Part shown: one piece after another, positions 1 to 12,519 of the stretch
Numbering within the stretch: position 1 is the first letter of the stretch
Layout: each line of letters begins with the position of its first letter
Assembly: GCF_004010195.1 (NCBI RefSeq)
Contig: NC_057718.1
Span: 85,015,702-85,064,811 of the forward strand
Source: Chiloscyllium plagiosum
Lineage: Eukaryota
Length of the DNA: 49,110 bases
Direction: 5' to 3'
Position numbers and translations under genes: made by a program
The notes under the pieces: generated by a model
Told to the model about the DNA's origin: nothing
What the model saw: only the letters and a program-made list of their open reading frames with translations
Databases searched by the model: none

Positions 1-520
1 TAACAGGAATATACTTTCTCTGGATTCTCGTTATCTCATTTCTGAAGGCTTCCCATTTTCCAGCCGTCCCTTTACCTGCGAACATCTGCCCCCAATCAGC
101 TTTCAAAAGTTCTTGCCTAATACCATCAAAATTGGCCTTTCTCCAATTTAGAACTTCAACTTTTTGATCTGGTCTATCATTTTCCATCACTATTTTAAAT
201 CTAATAGAATTATGGTCGCTGGCCCCAAAGTGCTCCCCCACTGACACCTCAGTCACCTACCCTGCCTTATTTCCCAAGAGTAGGTCAAGGTTTGCAGCTT
301 CTCTAGCAGGTACATCCACGTATTGAATCAGAAGATTTTCTTGTATACACTTAACAAATTTCTGCCCATCTAAACCTTTAACACTATGGCAGTCCCAGTC
401 TATGTTTGGAAAGTTAAAATCCCCTACCATAACCACCCTATTACGGATAACTGAGATCTGCTTACAAGTTTGTTTCTCAATTTCCCTCTATTAGGGGGTC
501 TATAATACAATCCCAATAAG
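1..520 (-). mobile_element. CR1 LINE ORF2 fragment (APE endonuclease region), runs off the window start
   Basis: Minus strand reads LGLYYRPP..GDFNFPNIDWD..LDLLLGNK..GEHFGASDHNSI. Homologous to the + strand copy at ~6565-6900. Confidence 0.9.
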
Positions 521-524
521 GTGT

Positions 525-625
525 TGTGCCCAGTAGCCAACCTATCATGTAAATTGTTGATCATGCTTACAAAGGATGATATCTGTCCCCTAATTATTAA
601 ATCTCCATTAAAGTACGAAGTAAGA
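525..625 (-). mobile_element. Degraded CR1 ORF1 (esterase-like) remnant
   Basis: Frameshifted minus reading GDLIIRG-TDIILCKHDQQF-MIGWLLG resembles the CR1 ORF1 motif GDSIIRGTD..C..D..MVCCLPGA. Confidence 0.4.
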
Positions 626-759
626 CTTTCCCCTTCTCCACCTTCCTGCTTCAAATTGCCATTAACTGCATTCTAGCTGTTCTTCAGACAGTCTTTATCT
701 TATCTGCACAGGCAACAAGTAAATCATACCTGTTGACTTATAATTGGTTCCTCCGGATT

Positions 760-1155
760 TTCTTTTTTTTATCCTACGTTGTTTCCCTTTACTTGGCATT
801 TGGGGCGGGGGTTGGGGTTTAGTGGACAGGTCTGACGGGTTAGGTGTACACATGGGAGGGAGGGCGGAGGCTCACACGCATAGTGTGCTGCTGTCTTGTC
901 TCCTGAATGGGGATCAGACTTAGCAAGTGCTTGCTGTGTTAATCCCATTGAACTGATTTTGGGGGGTGGGATCAGATCAGCAATGCTGCAGGTCCCTTGC
1001 ACACAAGTGTGTCTCTGCTCAAAAACAAACCTGAGACACAGAGAGGGAGCAAGGCAGGCAGAGTGAGGAGAAAGGAAAGTTCAGTTTACCGAATAATCAA
1101 TTATCCGAACGAAATAGTGCCCACCCATCTCGTTTGGATAATCGAGGTTCCTCTG
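760..1155. mobile_element. Tigger/pogo-like DNA transposon end (one TIR)
   Basis: Ends ..ggataatcgaggttcctctg|TA, the reverse complement of a CAGAGGAACCTCGATTATCC Tigger-type TIR with a TA target. Internal ttatccgaac sub-repeat. Left boundary uncertain. Confidence 0.55.
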
Positions 1156-1254
1156 TATTTGCTACCCAGGTTCATTCTGAATCTGCAACTTGGTATAGGA
1201 TGTAAATGAAGTCTGTGGAACTCCTCCCCTTCCTTTGTCAGTCTTCAAATTTCA

Positions 1255-2105
1255 CTAGGTGGTATAATGGACAGTGAAGATTATCTCAGTGCAATGGGAC
1301 CTTGATCAGATGGGCCAATGGACTGAAGAGTGGCAGATGGAGTTTAACTTAGATAAATATGAGGTGTTGCAATTTGGTAAGCCAAAGCAGGGCAGGACTT
1401 ATACCCTTAATGATAAGCCTCTGGGAAGTGTTGCCAAACAAGGACCTCAGGGTTACTTTAAAGTGGAGTCACCGGTAGACAGGGTGGTGAAGAAGGCATT
1501 TAGCACACTTGCCTGTATTGGTCAGAATGTTGAATGTCTGAGTTCGGGTGTCATGTTGTGGCTGTACAGGATGTTCGTGAAGCCATTTTTAGAATACTGT
1601 GTACAATTCTGGTTGCCCTCCTATAGAAAGGATGTTATTAAAATTGATAGAGTGCAGAAAAGATTTGCAAGGATGTTCCTCGGACTGGAGGGTTTGTGTT
1701 ATAGTAAGAGGCTGAATAAAGTAGGACTTCTTTTCTTTGGAGCATTGAAAGCTGAGGGGTGACCTTATAGACGTTTATAAAATCATGAGGGCAATGGATA
1801 GCATGAATAGTCAAGGTCTTTCTTCCAGGGTAGGGGAGTTCAAAACCAGAAGCCATAGGTTGAAGGTGAGAGGGGAAACATTTAAAAAGGACCTGCAGGG
1901 TAACTTTCCCTCAGAGGGTGGTGTGTGTATGACACAATCTGCTAGGGGAAGTGGTAGAGATGGCTATATTTGAATGTTTAAAAGATATCTGGATGGATTT
2001 ATGAATTGGGCCAAATGCTGGCAAATGGAACTGTGTCAGATGGGATGTCTCATTGGCATGGATGAGTTAGACCAAAGGGTCTATTTACATGCTGTGCGAC
2101 ACTGA
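1255..2105 (+). mobile_element. CR1 LINE 3' fragment (RT C-terminus and 3' UTR)
   Basis: ORF 1274-1762 reads QWDLDQMGQWTEEWQMEFN..LEYCVQFW..RVQKRF. Tail gaccaaagggtctattt. Confidence 0.9.
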
Positions 2106-2844
2106 GGCACAGCGATTTAGTCTGAGGCACGTGTTGTTTCCACAAGTCCCACCTATATCTTGGTCTAGGTTATCTGTTATTTATACCAATTTATTATTTT
2201 GTTGTATTTGTCTTTTTCCAAACTTAAATTTGAAATAAGCCCAAAGACTTAGACCATTTAAAAAAAATTCTCAGTTTATTTAGACTACTGTCCAAGCTGA
2301 CCGGAAATAAACATGGATTTGGCCCAGATTTGACTTGGGAGAGAAAAAAAATCACCTATGAAATTGTTGCCTGCCAATCTGTTTCTGCGGTTGCAATGCT
2401 GTCACTTGTAAATTTCTTTGTTCCATCTGCAGCTTTCACTCTTGTGTCTGACCATCTGGAGAGCACTTGCCTAGATTCCGTCATGCCACTTTTACTTGTT
2501 GGTCTCTGGAGTGTTTTTCCCATAGGCTTTCTAACTCCATTCTTGCAGATGCTCACCACAGTTTTTTTGCTGTTGAGCTTGGGCAATGCTTTCCCTCAGG
2601 CTAATGCTCCATGCCTCAAGGGGATAAATTCTTTACAGGCTGGAGTCATAAGTAACCCATAATCTCTGTTACGTTTTTTTTTATGTAACTGCAGTTTGCT
2701 GCTACTGCACTTAGTCAAATTCATCTTTAATGTGGAGGACTGAAATTTGCATCTTGCCTCTGGACTTAACTCTTTTTGTCCATGTTCATACTAAGGTTGT
2801 AATGAAGTCTGAATCTGACTAAGCGGACATTATTTAGCACAGTA

Positions 2845-3063
2845 CAGTCGATTCTGCTATAACATGGTAGTTTTGTTCTTGTGCAATCCCATGTTACAAG
2901 AAATTTGCATAATAGCAGCACCAATTAAAGTAATGGGGCCAGATTCATGTTATAATCAATAGACATTTTAAAAGTTTGCGCTATAGGAACAGTGTCCCCA
3001 ATTTGTCAATCGCATTATAATGAACTTCATTTAATGAAATGTGCGTCTGTGCAGAATGACCTA
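2845..3063. mobile_element. Tigger-like MITE
   Basis: TA|cagtcgattctgctataac...gcagaatgaccta|TA imperfect TIRs. A related copy lies in the opposite orientation at 44262-44539. Confidence 0.6.
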
Positions 3064-3350
3064 TACAGGATATTGCTGCAGGTGTTTATTAGTGCAATGT
3101 TGTTGGGCCAGCCATCTTCAGCTGCCTCACCTATAACTTCAGTCAAAAGTTTAAAATGGGAATGTTTGCTGGTTTGTGTTTTGGTTCCATTTGCAGTTCC
3201 TCCAACAATGAACCAGACTCTTGCCATATGCAGCAAAACTTGGAGAACTATCAGATTTGGACTGATATAGCACGAATATTGCTTGTTAACCAAGCACCAG
3301 GCAATGATCACCTCTGATCTATGATTTTATAAATAACCTTTCTAACCCCA

Positions 3351-3547
3351 CAACACCAGGTTATAGTCCAACAGGTTTAATTGGAAAGCACTAGCTTTTG
3401 GAGCGCTGCTCCTTTATCAGATGGTTGTGATGATGAAGGAGCAACGCTCTGAAAGCTAGTGCTTTCAATTAAACATATTGGACTATAACCTGGTGTTGTG
3501 ATTTTTAGCTTTGTACACCCCAGTCCAACACTGGCATCTCCAAATCA
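3351..3547 (+). mobile_element. Fold-back Penelope-type terminal-repeat element with degenerate hammerhead motifs
   Basis: Inverted arms ~3349-3420 / ~3431-3500. TGATGAAGGAGCAACGCTCTGAAAGCTAGTG on +. TSD tttctaa(c/t)ccca at 3339-3350 / 3548-3559. 47-nt tail. Confidence 0.75.
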
Positions 3548-3617
3548 TTTCTAATCCCAGTTGTAGTGGTAACAAAAGGCTGTTAGCTGTTTGTAAGTCA
3601 AAGATTGACAACTAAGC

Positions 3618-3720
3618 AAGCAAAAACTAATTGCTGGAGATACTGAGCAGGTCTAGCAGAATCTGGGGGAAGAAAGCTGAATTAACATTTTGAGTCCAGT
3701 GGTGACTCTGATCTGTTCTG
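3618..3720 (-). mobile_element. Degraded PLE terminal-repeat fragment
   Basis: ttgctggagatactgagcaggtctagcagaatctg..aacattttgagtccagt resembles the arms at 45238 and 7195. Confidence 0.5.
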
Positions 3721-4704
3721 GTGCTATATAAATTTGTTATATTAAGCAATTTAATAGTTTAATTTGTATGCACTGGTTAGCTTATTGGTGAATTGAATTG
3801 CTTTTGATGTAGGTAAAAATACCTTTGCACCTGAAGAATATTAAACAAGTTGAAGAGTCTGTGTGTTGGCGTATTCAGCTGGATCTTTCTCTTTTGAACT
3901 GGAGCAAGGCAAATTTTGTGTGTGTAAATTGAACTTAAAAAGCAGAATGCAAGATTGTAGAAAGCTAAATCCAAGTGGTTTGGGATATAATTCCTGTTGA
4001 AAGTTCCTTTATGTTTCTTTGTGTTTTGCCTAGATTGTACTGATATCAAAACAGAATTTCTACCCCATTGTATTTAATTTTATAACCCATCCTTTTTTTT
4101 TGTACCATGTTTAAAATAGGATGTGTTTCTATTGATGGTTGCCCGTTCTTTGAACTTTGTGCAGTGAAATGTAATTGTGATTTATTTCATTGATGAGACA
4201 GCAAATGAAATGCTGAGTGGCCAAGTGCTTTTATAATTGTGTAAGTGCAGTGAGAATTCCAGTGTTTAGCACTTTGTCATGTACTTTATTTCTAATTTGT
4301 GAGATCCACAGTTATACATACATTATGACACAGCTTCTGCAAATGTAATAAAAATAGACACACTGCAAGTGCCAAGTAAATCTTTAGTGTTTGATTGGAT
4401 CCCTGTGTTCTGGGATAAAAATAATGAGAGTAGTATAGAATTGGGCAGAAGGAGAGCAGGTGATGGTACCTGAGGAGGCCAACATTTTCCAGCTTGTCAG
4501 AACGTGAGATCAACTGTAATGTCCATTGAACTTCATTTATGATATGTTATTAGGTATCAAAATCCTGATATGCTTTGTATAATTTTAATTTTTAATTAAA
4601 ACTCTCTCAATTCCTTTTCAAAAAGACCCATTTTGTTGAATTAACCAACTTTGAAAACATTTGAAAAAAAATTAGGAAGGTATAACTTAACTTTTATTCA
4701 TAAT

Positions 4705-5570
4705 TAACTGGCAAGGCTAATTTATTGCTGATCCTGAGTTGTCCTTGAGAAATAGGAAGATTAGACTACTTTTTTGAACTGCTATTTTCCCAATAGTGTA
4801 CATACCACTGTGTAGAGGTACTATGGACCAGGCCAGACATCCTCAAAATATTTTAAAAGGTAGCCTAGACCCTATTTTAAAGGTAGATGTGAAGTGAATA
4901 TTTGCAGGTGTGATGCAGCTGGTCAAACCACTCAGCTTTAAGCAAAACAGAATTTATTTAAACACTATAGTAGAAGCACAATCAAAAGAAAACTGGAATT
5001 TAGAATAACTTAATTATTGGAAAACTTAACTGACCTGATACAGGATCTTAACTAAGGAACTATTCCAATCCAGTAACATCCCATAAACTCACCCTTGGCA
5101 AAAAAAGGTAAATTGAAACACCGATCCTTACAGGTAGTAGGGCACAACTTACTAAGAGATTTCAGAGAGAAAGTCAGTCAAGAATCATTTGCTGAAGCTT
5201 GCAACCTTTCTGGACTCCAGCTTCTTGTGTCTGCTACACCTAAATCAAACTAGACAAACCTGAAATAGGAGAACTGGCCACTTCCCTGCCATTATTAAAC
5301 TAGGCTGTTCCAGGACCTCTTGATACCTCTGCCTTTAGGACACCATTTTAAAAAGAAACCCAAGGGCAAAATAACCTTGTCAAAGTGACAGCATTGTCAC
5401 ACTTGAATTTTAGGATTTCAGTCGAATGATGATGTGGATAGAGTGCTATACGTCCCACAATGACGTGGTATGTGAATAGTCATAGTATTCCTCTGCACCT
5501 GCTGTGGTGACCTTTCAGGATGTCGAGATGCTGTCAGAGAAACCATGGCAAGTTGCTGCAGTGTATCAAA
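4705..5570 (-). mobile_element. Old LINE 3' end (same family as 19290-19775), interrupted by an LTR-like insert
   Basis: ctggcaaggctaatttattgctgatcc is the reverse complement of the gggcaataaatgctggcc tail. Homology resumes after 5402. Confidence 0.5.
4811..5401 (-). mobile_element. Probable solo LTR
   Basis: TG...tgtcaCA termini, ~590 bp, splits an older LINE, minus-strand AATAAA near 4953. No clean TSD seen. Confidence 0.45.
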
Positions 5571-5961
5571 TTGGGGGTGGAGGGGAGGTGGTATTCACTT
5601 CAACATAATTTTTTATTATTGTACTCTCGTTCCTGAGGTTAAAATGTTTTCTAACTCTAGTCACAGCCAATATTGTTTATTAACCTGATAGCTAATTTAA
5701 CAAATGAATTATGTTTGTTTGTAATTCTCAACACAAATGAAACAGTCTGACTTCATTTCATTTTACTTATTGATTGGGCAGAACTTTCATTTTGTATGGA
5801 TATCTCAATATTTTACTAGTTAGCATCAGAAAGAACACTTTTATCAATTTGTGAGACACAAACCTTTGGTCAGCAGTGGTCAAGAATAGATCCTGTCAGA
5901 ATAGAAATTCTCCTTGTTGAAACTTTGGTTGTGCAGGATCACTTCAAAATTAAGATAGGAC

Positions 5962-6545
5962 CACAGACATAGAAGTTAGGCCGTTCAGCCCATCGAGTCT
6001 GCTCCACCATTCAATCATGGCTGAAAGGTCTTTCAACCCCACTCTCTAGTCTTCTCCCCGTAATTCTTGATCCCCTTGATACTTGTGAATTCCATATATT
6101 CACCAATTTCTGGTTGAAGTTTCTCCTTATCTCTGTTCTAAAAGGTCTTCCCTTTACTCTAAGGCTGTGCCCTCAGGTCCTAGTCTCTCCTATCAATGGA
6201 AATATCTTCCCAATATTCACTCTGTCCAGGCTATTCAGTATTCTGTAAGCTTCCCCCTCATCTTTCTAAACTCCATCAACTCTAAACCCAGAGTCCTCAA
6301 ATGTTCCTTATATGTTAATCTTTTCATTGCTGAGACCATTCTTGTTAACCATCTCGGAAACCACTCCAGGGTCAGTATGCCTATCCTGAGATATGGGGCC
6401 CGAAACTGCGCACAATACTCCAAATGTGGCTTGCCCAGAGCCTTTTAGAGCCTCAGAAGTACATCCCTGCTTTTATATGCAAGCCCTCTCAAAATAAATG
6501 CCATCATTGCATTGCCTTCCAAGCTACTGACTCAGCCTGCAAGGA
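5962..6545 (-). mobile_element. CR1 LINE 3' fragment (different subfamily)
   Basis: Minus ORF EYCAQFRAPYL..LGLELMEFRKMRG. Tail ggccgttcagcccatcgagtctgctcc. Confidence 0.85.
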
Positions 6546-7156
6546 AGTTTGACAGAATCCTGGATATGTGGATATACCTACAAGAGAAGGTGCAAAACTT
6601 GGCCTACTCTTGGGAAATAAGGCAGGACAGTTGATTGAGGTGTCAGTGGGGAGTACTTTGAGGCCAGCGACCATAATTCTATTAGTTTTAAAATAGTGAT
6701 GGAAAAGGGTAGACCAGATCTAAAAGTTGAATTTCTAAATTGGAGAAAGGCTAATTTTGATGGTATTAAGCAAGTACTTTCAAAAGCTGATTGGGGGCAG
6801 ATGTTAGCAGATAAAGGGACAGCTAGAAAATGGGAAGTCTTCAGAAAATGAGAGAATAAGAGTCCAGTGACAGTATACTCCTGTAAAAGGAAAGGCTGGT
6901 ATTTCTAGAGAATGTTGGATGACTAGAGAAATTGAGGTTTTGGTTAAGAAAAAGAAGGAAGCATATGTCAGGTACAGACAGGATCGATTGAATGAATCCT
7001 TAGAGTATAAAGATAGTAGGAGTATACTTAAGAGGGAAATCAGGAGGGCAAAAAGGGGACATGAGATAGCTTTGGCAACTATAATTAAGGAGAATCCAAA
7101 GGGTTTTTTACAAATACATTTAAGGACAAAAGGGTAACTGGGAAAGAATAGAGCTC

Positions 7157-7379
7157 GAGGAGAAAGTGAGGTCTGCAGATGCTGGAGATCAAAGTTGAAA
7201 CTTTATTGCTGGAACAGCACAGCAGGTCAGGCAGCATCCAGGGAACAGGAGATTCGACGTTTCGGGCACAGGCCCTTCTTCAGGACTGATTCCTGAAGAA
7301 GGGCCTGTGCCCGAAACGTCGAATCTCCTGTTCCCTGGATGCTGCCTGACCTGCTGTGCTGTTCCAGCAATAAAGTTTC
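7157..7379 (-). mobile_element. Young fold-back Penelope-type terminal-repeat element
   Basis: Perfect 91-bp inverted repeat 7195-7285 / 7291-7381 with loop ctgat. 38-nt tail 7157-7194. TSD aaagaatagagctc at 7143-7156 / 7380-7393. Confidence 0.9.
7288..7325 (+). ncRNA. Minimal type-I hammerhead ribozyme motif
   Basis: GAUUC-CUGAAGA-A-GGGC(CUGU)GCCC-GAAA-CGUC^-GAAUC. Perfect 5-bp stem I, 4-bp stem II, palindromic ACGU stem III; predicted cut after 7320. A mirror core lies on the minus strand at 7251-7283. Confidence 0.75.
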
Positions 7380-9879
7380 AAAGAATAGAGCTCCTCAAAG
7401 ATCAGCAAGGCAACCTTTGTGAGGAGCTGCAGGAGATGGGGGAGATATTAAACAAGTGTTTTGCATCAGGATTGACTGTGGAAAAGGACATGGACGATAT
7501 AGAATGTAGGGAAACAGATCATCATCTTGCAATATTACAGAGGAGGAAGTGCTAGATGTCTTGAAATGGGTAAAGGTGGATAAATCCCCAGGACCTGATC
7601 AGGTGTACCCTAGAACTCTGTGGGAAACTAGAAAAGTGATTGCTGGGCCTCTTGCTGAGATATTTGTATCATTGATAGTCACAGGTGAGTTGTGGAAAAC
7701 TGGAGGTTATCGTGATGCCTCTGGAGGCTAATGTGGTGCCACTGTTTAAGAAAGGTGGTAAGGACAAGCCAGGGAACTATTGGCCATTGAGCCTGACGTC
7801 GGTGGTGGGCAAGTTGTTGGAGGGAATCCTGAGGAACAGGATATACATGTATTTGGAAAGGCAAGGACTGATTAGGGATAGTCAACATGGCTTTGTGCAT
7901 GGGAAATCATGTGTCTCAAACTTGGTTGAGTCTTTTGAAGAAGTAACAATGAGGATTGGTGAAGGTAGAACAGTAGACGTCATCTATGTGGACTTCAGTA
8001 AGGTGTTCGAGGTTCCCCATGGGAGACTGGTTAGCAAGGTTAGATCTCACGGAATACAGGGAGAACTAGCCATTTGGATACAAAACTGGCTCAAAGGTAG
8101 AAGACAGAGGGTGGTGGTAGAGTGTTGTTTTTCCAGACTGGAGGCCTGTGACCAGTGGAGTGCCACAAGGATCAGTGCTGGGTCCACTACTTTTTATAAT
8201 TTATATAAATGATTTGATTGTGAGTTTAAGAGGTATAGTTAGTAAGTTTGCAGATGACCCCAAAATTGAAGGTGTAGTGGACAGCGAAGAAGATTATCAC
8301 GGATTACAACGGGACCTTGATCAGATGAACCAATGGACGGAGGAGTGGCAGATAGAGTTTAATTTAGATAAATGCGAGATGCTGCATTTTGGGAAAGCAC
8401 ACCTTAGCAGGACTTATACACTTAATGGTAAGGTCCTGGGGAGTGTTGCTGAACAAAGAGACCTTGGAGTTCAGGTTCGTACTTCCTTGAAAGTGGAATT
8501 GCAGGTTGACAGGATAGTGAAGGGAGTGTTTGATACACTTGCCTTTGTGGGTCAGTGCATTGAGTGTAGGAATTGGGAGATTATGCTTTGGCTGTACAGG
8601 ACATTGGTTACCCAGTGTTTGGAATATGGCATTCAGTTCTGGTGTCTCTGTTATAGGAAAGAACTTGAAAGGCTTTAAGGATGTTGCCAGGGTTTGGAGG
8701 TTTTGAGCTATAGTAGAGGCTGAATTGGGCTGGGGCTATTTTCCCTAGAGCCCTGGAGGGCTGAGGTTTGTGGTGCATGGTACATCAATAGGGTGAATAG
8801 CCAAGGTATTTTCCCCAGGATAGAAGAATCCAAAACTAGAGGGCATAAGTATAAGGGGAAATTTAAAAGGTACCTAAGGGGCAACCTTCACAGAGGATAG
8901 TGCATGTATGGAATGAGCTGCCAGAGGAAGTGGTGGAGGCTGGTACAATTACAACATTTAAAAGGCATCTGGATGGGTATATGAATAGAAGGGATATGGG
9001 CCAAATGCTGGCAAATGGGACTAGATTAATTTAGGATATTTGGTCAGCATGGGCAAGTTGGACCAAAGTGTCTGTTTCTATGACGCTGTGATCCAGGGAG
9101 ATTGTGCCACATTGTTTTCCTAGATGGCCTCCTGTCTTCACTGTAGAGTTACAACTTGACAGCAAACTTTGCATTTCCCACTATCAGACAATCCTTTACC
9201 CAGTGCGTCAGTAAGCAAAGGTTTCTTTTCCTACCCCATATGTTGTATTTCTCTTCAGTAGTTGTAATCTCACTACCCATCTTACCCACTCAGTGCTCCC
9301 AGAATGTGTGTCCAAGCTCAACGTTTGCTTCCCCCATCACATGAAATGTCCAATCGGAATCACTTTTTTAATTGCTCATGAAATAGTTGAAGTATTTCAA
9401 GCAATGATTGTAGTTATGAATGTTTTCTCATGCTTTGGATGTAAATGGGGTGCAGATTCTTTTAATCACTAACATTATTTGAGCCTTCCTGATCTTACTA
9501 AAAAAGTAGCAGTGTAAAAACTGTCTTTTTATTTTCAGTATTTTTGATTGTAGACTGAAATGGGAAAAGGACTGTTATAAAAATCCATAGATTGTGGAGG
9601 GGATTGCTGCTTTTTTTAAAATAAGCAAATTACCAGCACTTGTTCACCTACAGGTGGATTTTTCACTGTAGATAAGCTGGAACCAGGGAGTTTGTGCATA
9701 ATATGATTTGGCTGGCAACAGTTGGCTGATCAGTCAATGGATTGATGACCAGTTGTTAATGCCAAATGCTTCAATTTTGGCCATGTGTATTGATGCCACA
9801 GGCATGTGCACTGCCTCATAATTTTCGCATGCCTGTTTGTCCAAACTGATGCTTGCATATTTAAAGAGATTCATTGCCA

Positions 9880-10281
9880 ATATCTTTGAAAGTTGCCACT
9901 CAGGTGGATAGCGCTTGTAAGAAGGCCTATGGTGTATTAGCGTTGGGATTGAATTCAAGAGTCGTGAAGTGATGTTGCAACTGTACAGGACTTTGGTTAG
10001 GCCACATTTGGAGTACTGTGTGCAGTTCTGGTCGCCTCACTTTAGGAAAGCTGTGGAAGCTTTGGAGAGGGTGCAGAGAAGATTTACCAGGAATTTGCCT
10101 GGAATGGAGAATAGGTCGTACGAGGATAGGTTGAGAGTGTTAGGCCTTTTCTCGTTGGAACAGCGAAGGATGAGGGGTGACTTGATAGAGGTTTATAAAA
10201 TGATCAGAGGAATAGATAGTGTTCGGCACAACATCGTGGGCCGAAGGGCCTGTTCTGTGCTGTATTGTTCTATGTTCTATG
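9880..10281 (+). mobile_element. CR1 3' fragment with an internal deletion before the tail
   Basis: LYRTLVRPHLEYCVQFWSP..RGDLIEVYKMIRGID jumps at ~10220 directly to the tail gggccgaagggcctgttctgtgctgtattgttctatgttctatg. Confidence 0.9.
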
Positions 10282-10896
10282 CATACAGCTCTGATTTAAA
10301 TAGGTGCAATAACTAATGCCTGTACTGAACTCTGTTTCAATTGTAAGCTTACCTTCTGTGCAAGTTCAGTTTATTTGTTTACAACATCTTTTTATGTTTC
10401 TGGAATTCTTTGCACGTATGTTTTCCAGATTTGTGTGCATGCACAGTTGCAAGCAATGCCAGGTGTCAGTGCACACTAGTTTCTGCCTGCCAGCATGTAA
10501 TTGGCTCTGAGGCAGCTGAACAATTTGTGGGTGCAAACGAGCATTTGTTTTCAGTACAGATTGCGGCATCTGCAGTAATTTGATCCTAGATTGTTGGAGC
10601 TTTTGGACCTCAGGAAAAGAAGATGCTGTCTTTGTCTATCTCTCTGGTTTAAAAAGTACCTAAAGCCTGAAAACTGGTTTATTTTCTGTCACCAGTTGTT
10701 GTAAACTGTAGCTTTTAATAAGTCAAACTTTGTACTTTGCCTGCAGGAGGTACACAGCAACCGGTTCACAAAGAAAAGTACCATGAGAAGAGAGAGTTTG
10801 CCAAATAACAAGTCCTAACGGGCCAAATGATCACCTTGTGAACCCTGTGGACAGGGACCTTTTTGAACTCCTTTCCCAGCTTTTCTTGCTATCAAT

Positions 10897-10900
<4 letters not shown>

Positions 10901-10934
<34 letters not shown>
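10901..10934. repeat. (GT)17 microsatellite
   Basis: Read directly from the sequence. Confidence 0.97.
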
Positions 10935-10935
<1 letters not shown>

Positions 10936-11174
10936 TTCATCAGGGAGTTAGTTTTAACTAGTCAAGGTACATTGTCTACAGTTCATAGTTTATTTGTAAT
11001 AAATAACCATTATTAAGATGAGAAACCCGGTCCATTCTTTCTGTCAACCTGGGTCCAAAAAGGTAAATTGGGGAATTTTGTGTACTCTGATAAAATCTGT
11101 TCCTGGCTTTGTCACTGAAGTGAATGCAGAGCTTGATTTTCAGCATGCTACCCCAGTGAGGAGTGACACCAAGG

Positions 11175-11580
11175 ATAAGACTTTTTAGTTGTGTGGAGAA
11201 GCTCGAGACAATGTATTGTTCTCCTTAGGCCTGAAGAAGTAAGGGAGATTTATAGAGGTGTTAAAATTTGAGGGCCTCGGATGAGATAAATAAGGAAACT
11301 AGTTATGTTGCGGAGTGGCTCAGTAACAAGAATACAAAATTTGTGGTAATTGGCAGAAGAGCCAGAGGGAATGACAATTTTTTTTGCTGCAGCAGCTTAT
11401 GATCTGAAATGCACTGCCTGAAAGGGTTCTGGTAGCAGTTTCAGTTATAGCCTCTAAGCTAAAATTTGTATGTATACTATATGGGGAAAGAGTGAGGGAA
11501 TAGGACTAATTTTATAACTTTTTCAGGGAACTATGATGACTGAAATGGCCACCTTCTATGTTGTATCATTCTGCAATTCT
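11175..11580 (+). mobile_element. Old CR1 3' fragment
   Basis: ttgttctccttagg..gggagatttatagaggtgttaaaatt..tctgaaatgcactgcctgaaagg is degenerate LFSL..RGDLIEV and 3' UTR. Confidence 0.65.
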
Positions 11581-12309
11581 TTTGTGATTTGAAAGCTGTA
11601 TCCTGTAAATCAAAGTACTTAGTCACATCCATGTTATTATATCTAACAGCAACTTAGTTATACACCTCACCCATAATTTGGGGGGAAAAAAATCAGTACA
11701 CCAACATTCAAGTCTTGAAACTACTTGTTTGACTACTCTTTGAAAGTTCTCCGTTATACATACTTTGAATAAACTGGAGGCCCGAAACATTGCAATAAAA
11801 TTCAATTGCTGTATCCAAGCTTGTGTTTTCATTTATTGTAAATTATCATTTTGTATCTAAATTCAGCTAAGTACTCCTCAAGTCCTGCATGTTGAACTTT
11901 GCAATTCCTTTTGAAAGTCAATAAAATTATAGATAGCCCTCTTCCATTTATTCGCTAATTTGTTGCAAGCATTTGGCAAATGAGTGAAACATAAGTAATC
12001 CTAAATCCAAACCTCTTTGAGGGAGAAATGTGAAGACATTGTGCATGAGCCTATCAATGTTTAACTGGAGAACGTGAAGGTCATGAATAATGCTTTAAAA
12101 CAAGCCAGTGCAAGGACATTTTTTAATAAATTGAATTTGATTATTTTGATCCTACTTTTGTGAAGCCTTGCATGCTCAATACAATTCTCATCATAGTTTG
12201 GAAGGAAATTGCCATATGTGAAAATAATTTCTCTTTTTGGAGAAGTTAAAATTCAGACAAAATGTAATTCAGTTTTTTAAGTGGAAGTGATGTAAGCAAA
12301 TTGTTTAGC

Positions 12310-12455
12310 TAAAACAAAATACTGCTGTGTTCAAAATCTGAAATAAAGATGGAAAATGCTGAAATTCTGAGCAGCAGTGTGGAGAGAGAAAATTAGTTGA
12401 CATTTCAGGTTAATCTTCCTTCTGAACTGGAAGATGTTGGATATAAACAACTTCT
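12310..12455 (-). mobile_element. Degraded PLE terminal-repeat fragment
   Basis: aaaacaaaatactgc..aatctgaaataaagatggaaaatgctg..gtggagagagaaa..gttgacatttcagg resembles the other PLE arms. Confidence 0.5.
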
Positions 12456-12519
12456 AAAACAATTTGACTTAAACTTTGAACACAAAACTAGAGGACCTGA
12501 GTGAGAACTTGGGAAATAT

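Larger units (their letters stand above)
6565..9091 (+). mobile_element. 5'-truncated CR1 LINE (EN C-terminus, RT, 3' UTR), frameshifted, with nested PLE hairpin at 7157-7379
   Basis: KSPGPD, NYWPLSLTSVVGK, SQHGF, VIYVDFSK, SGVPQGSVLGPLLFIIYIND and FADD motifs in ORFs 7549-8678. Confidence 0.95.

Noticed and set aside
2330..2662. 110-aa hydrophobic ORF and the antisense 76-aa ORF
   Set aside because: No recognisable family, non-ATG start, no exon support. At most an old LINE remnant.
7195..7381. Hairpins interpreted as miRNA precursor, terminator, CRISPR or MITE
   Set aside because: Eukaryotic context, long variable TSDs, an asymmetric tail and homology to the PLE terminal repeat at 18550-18649 explain them better.
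5962..9091. Head-to-head CR1 pieces as a single twin-primed insertion
   Set aside because: Each piece has its own 3' tail from a different subfamily, so they are independent insertions.
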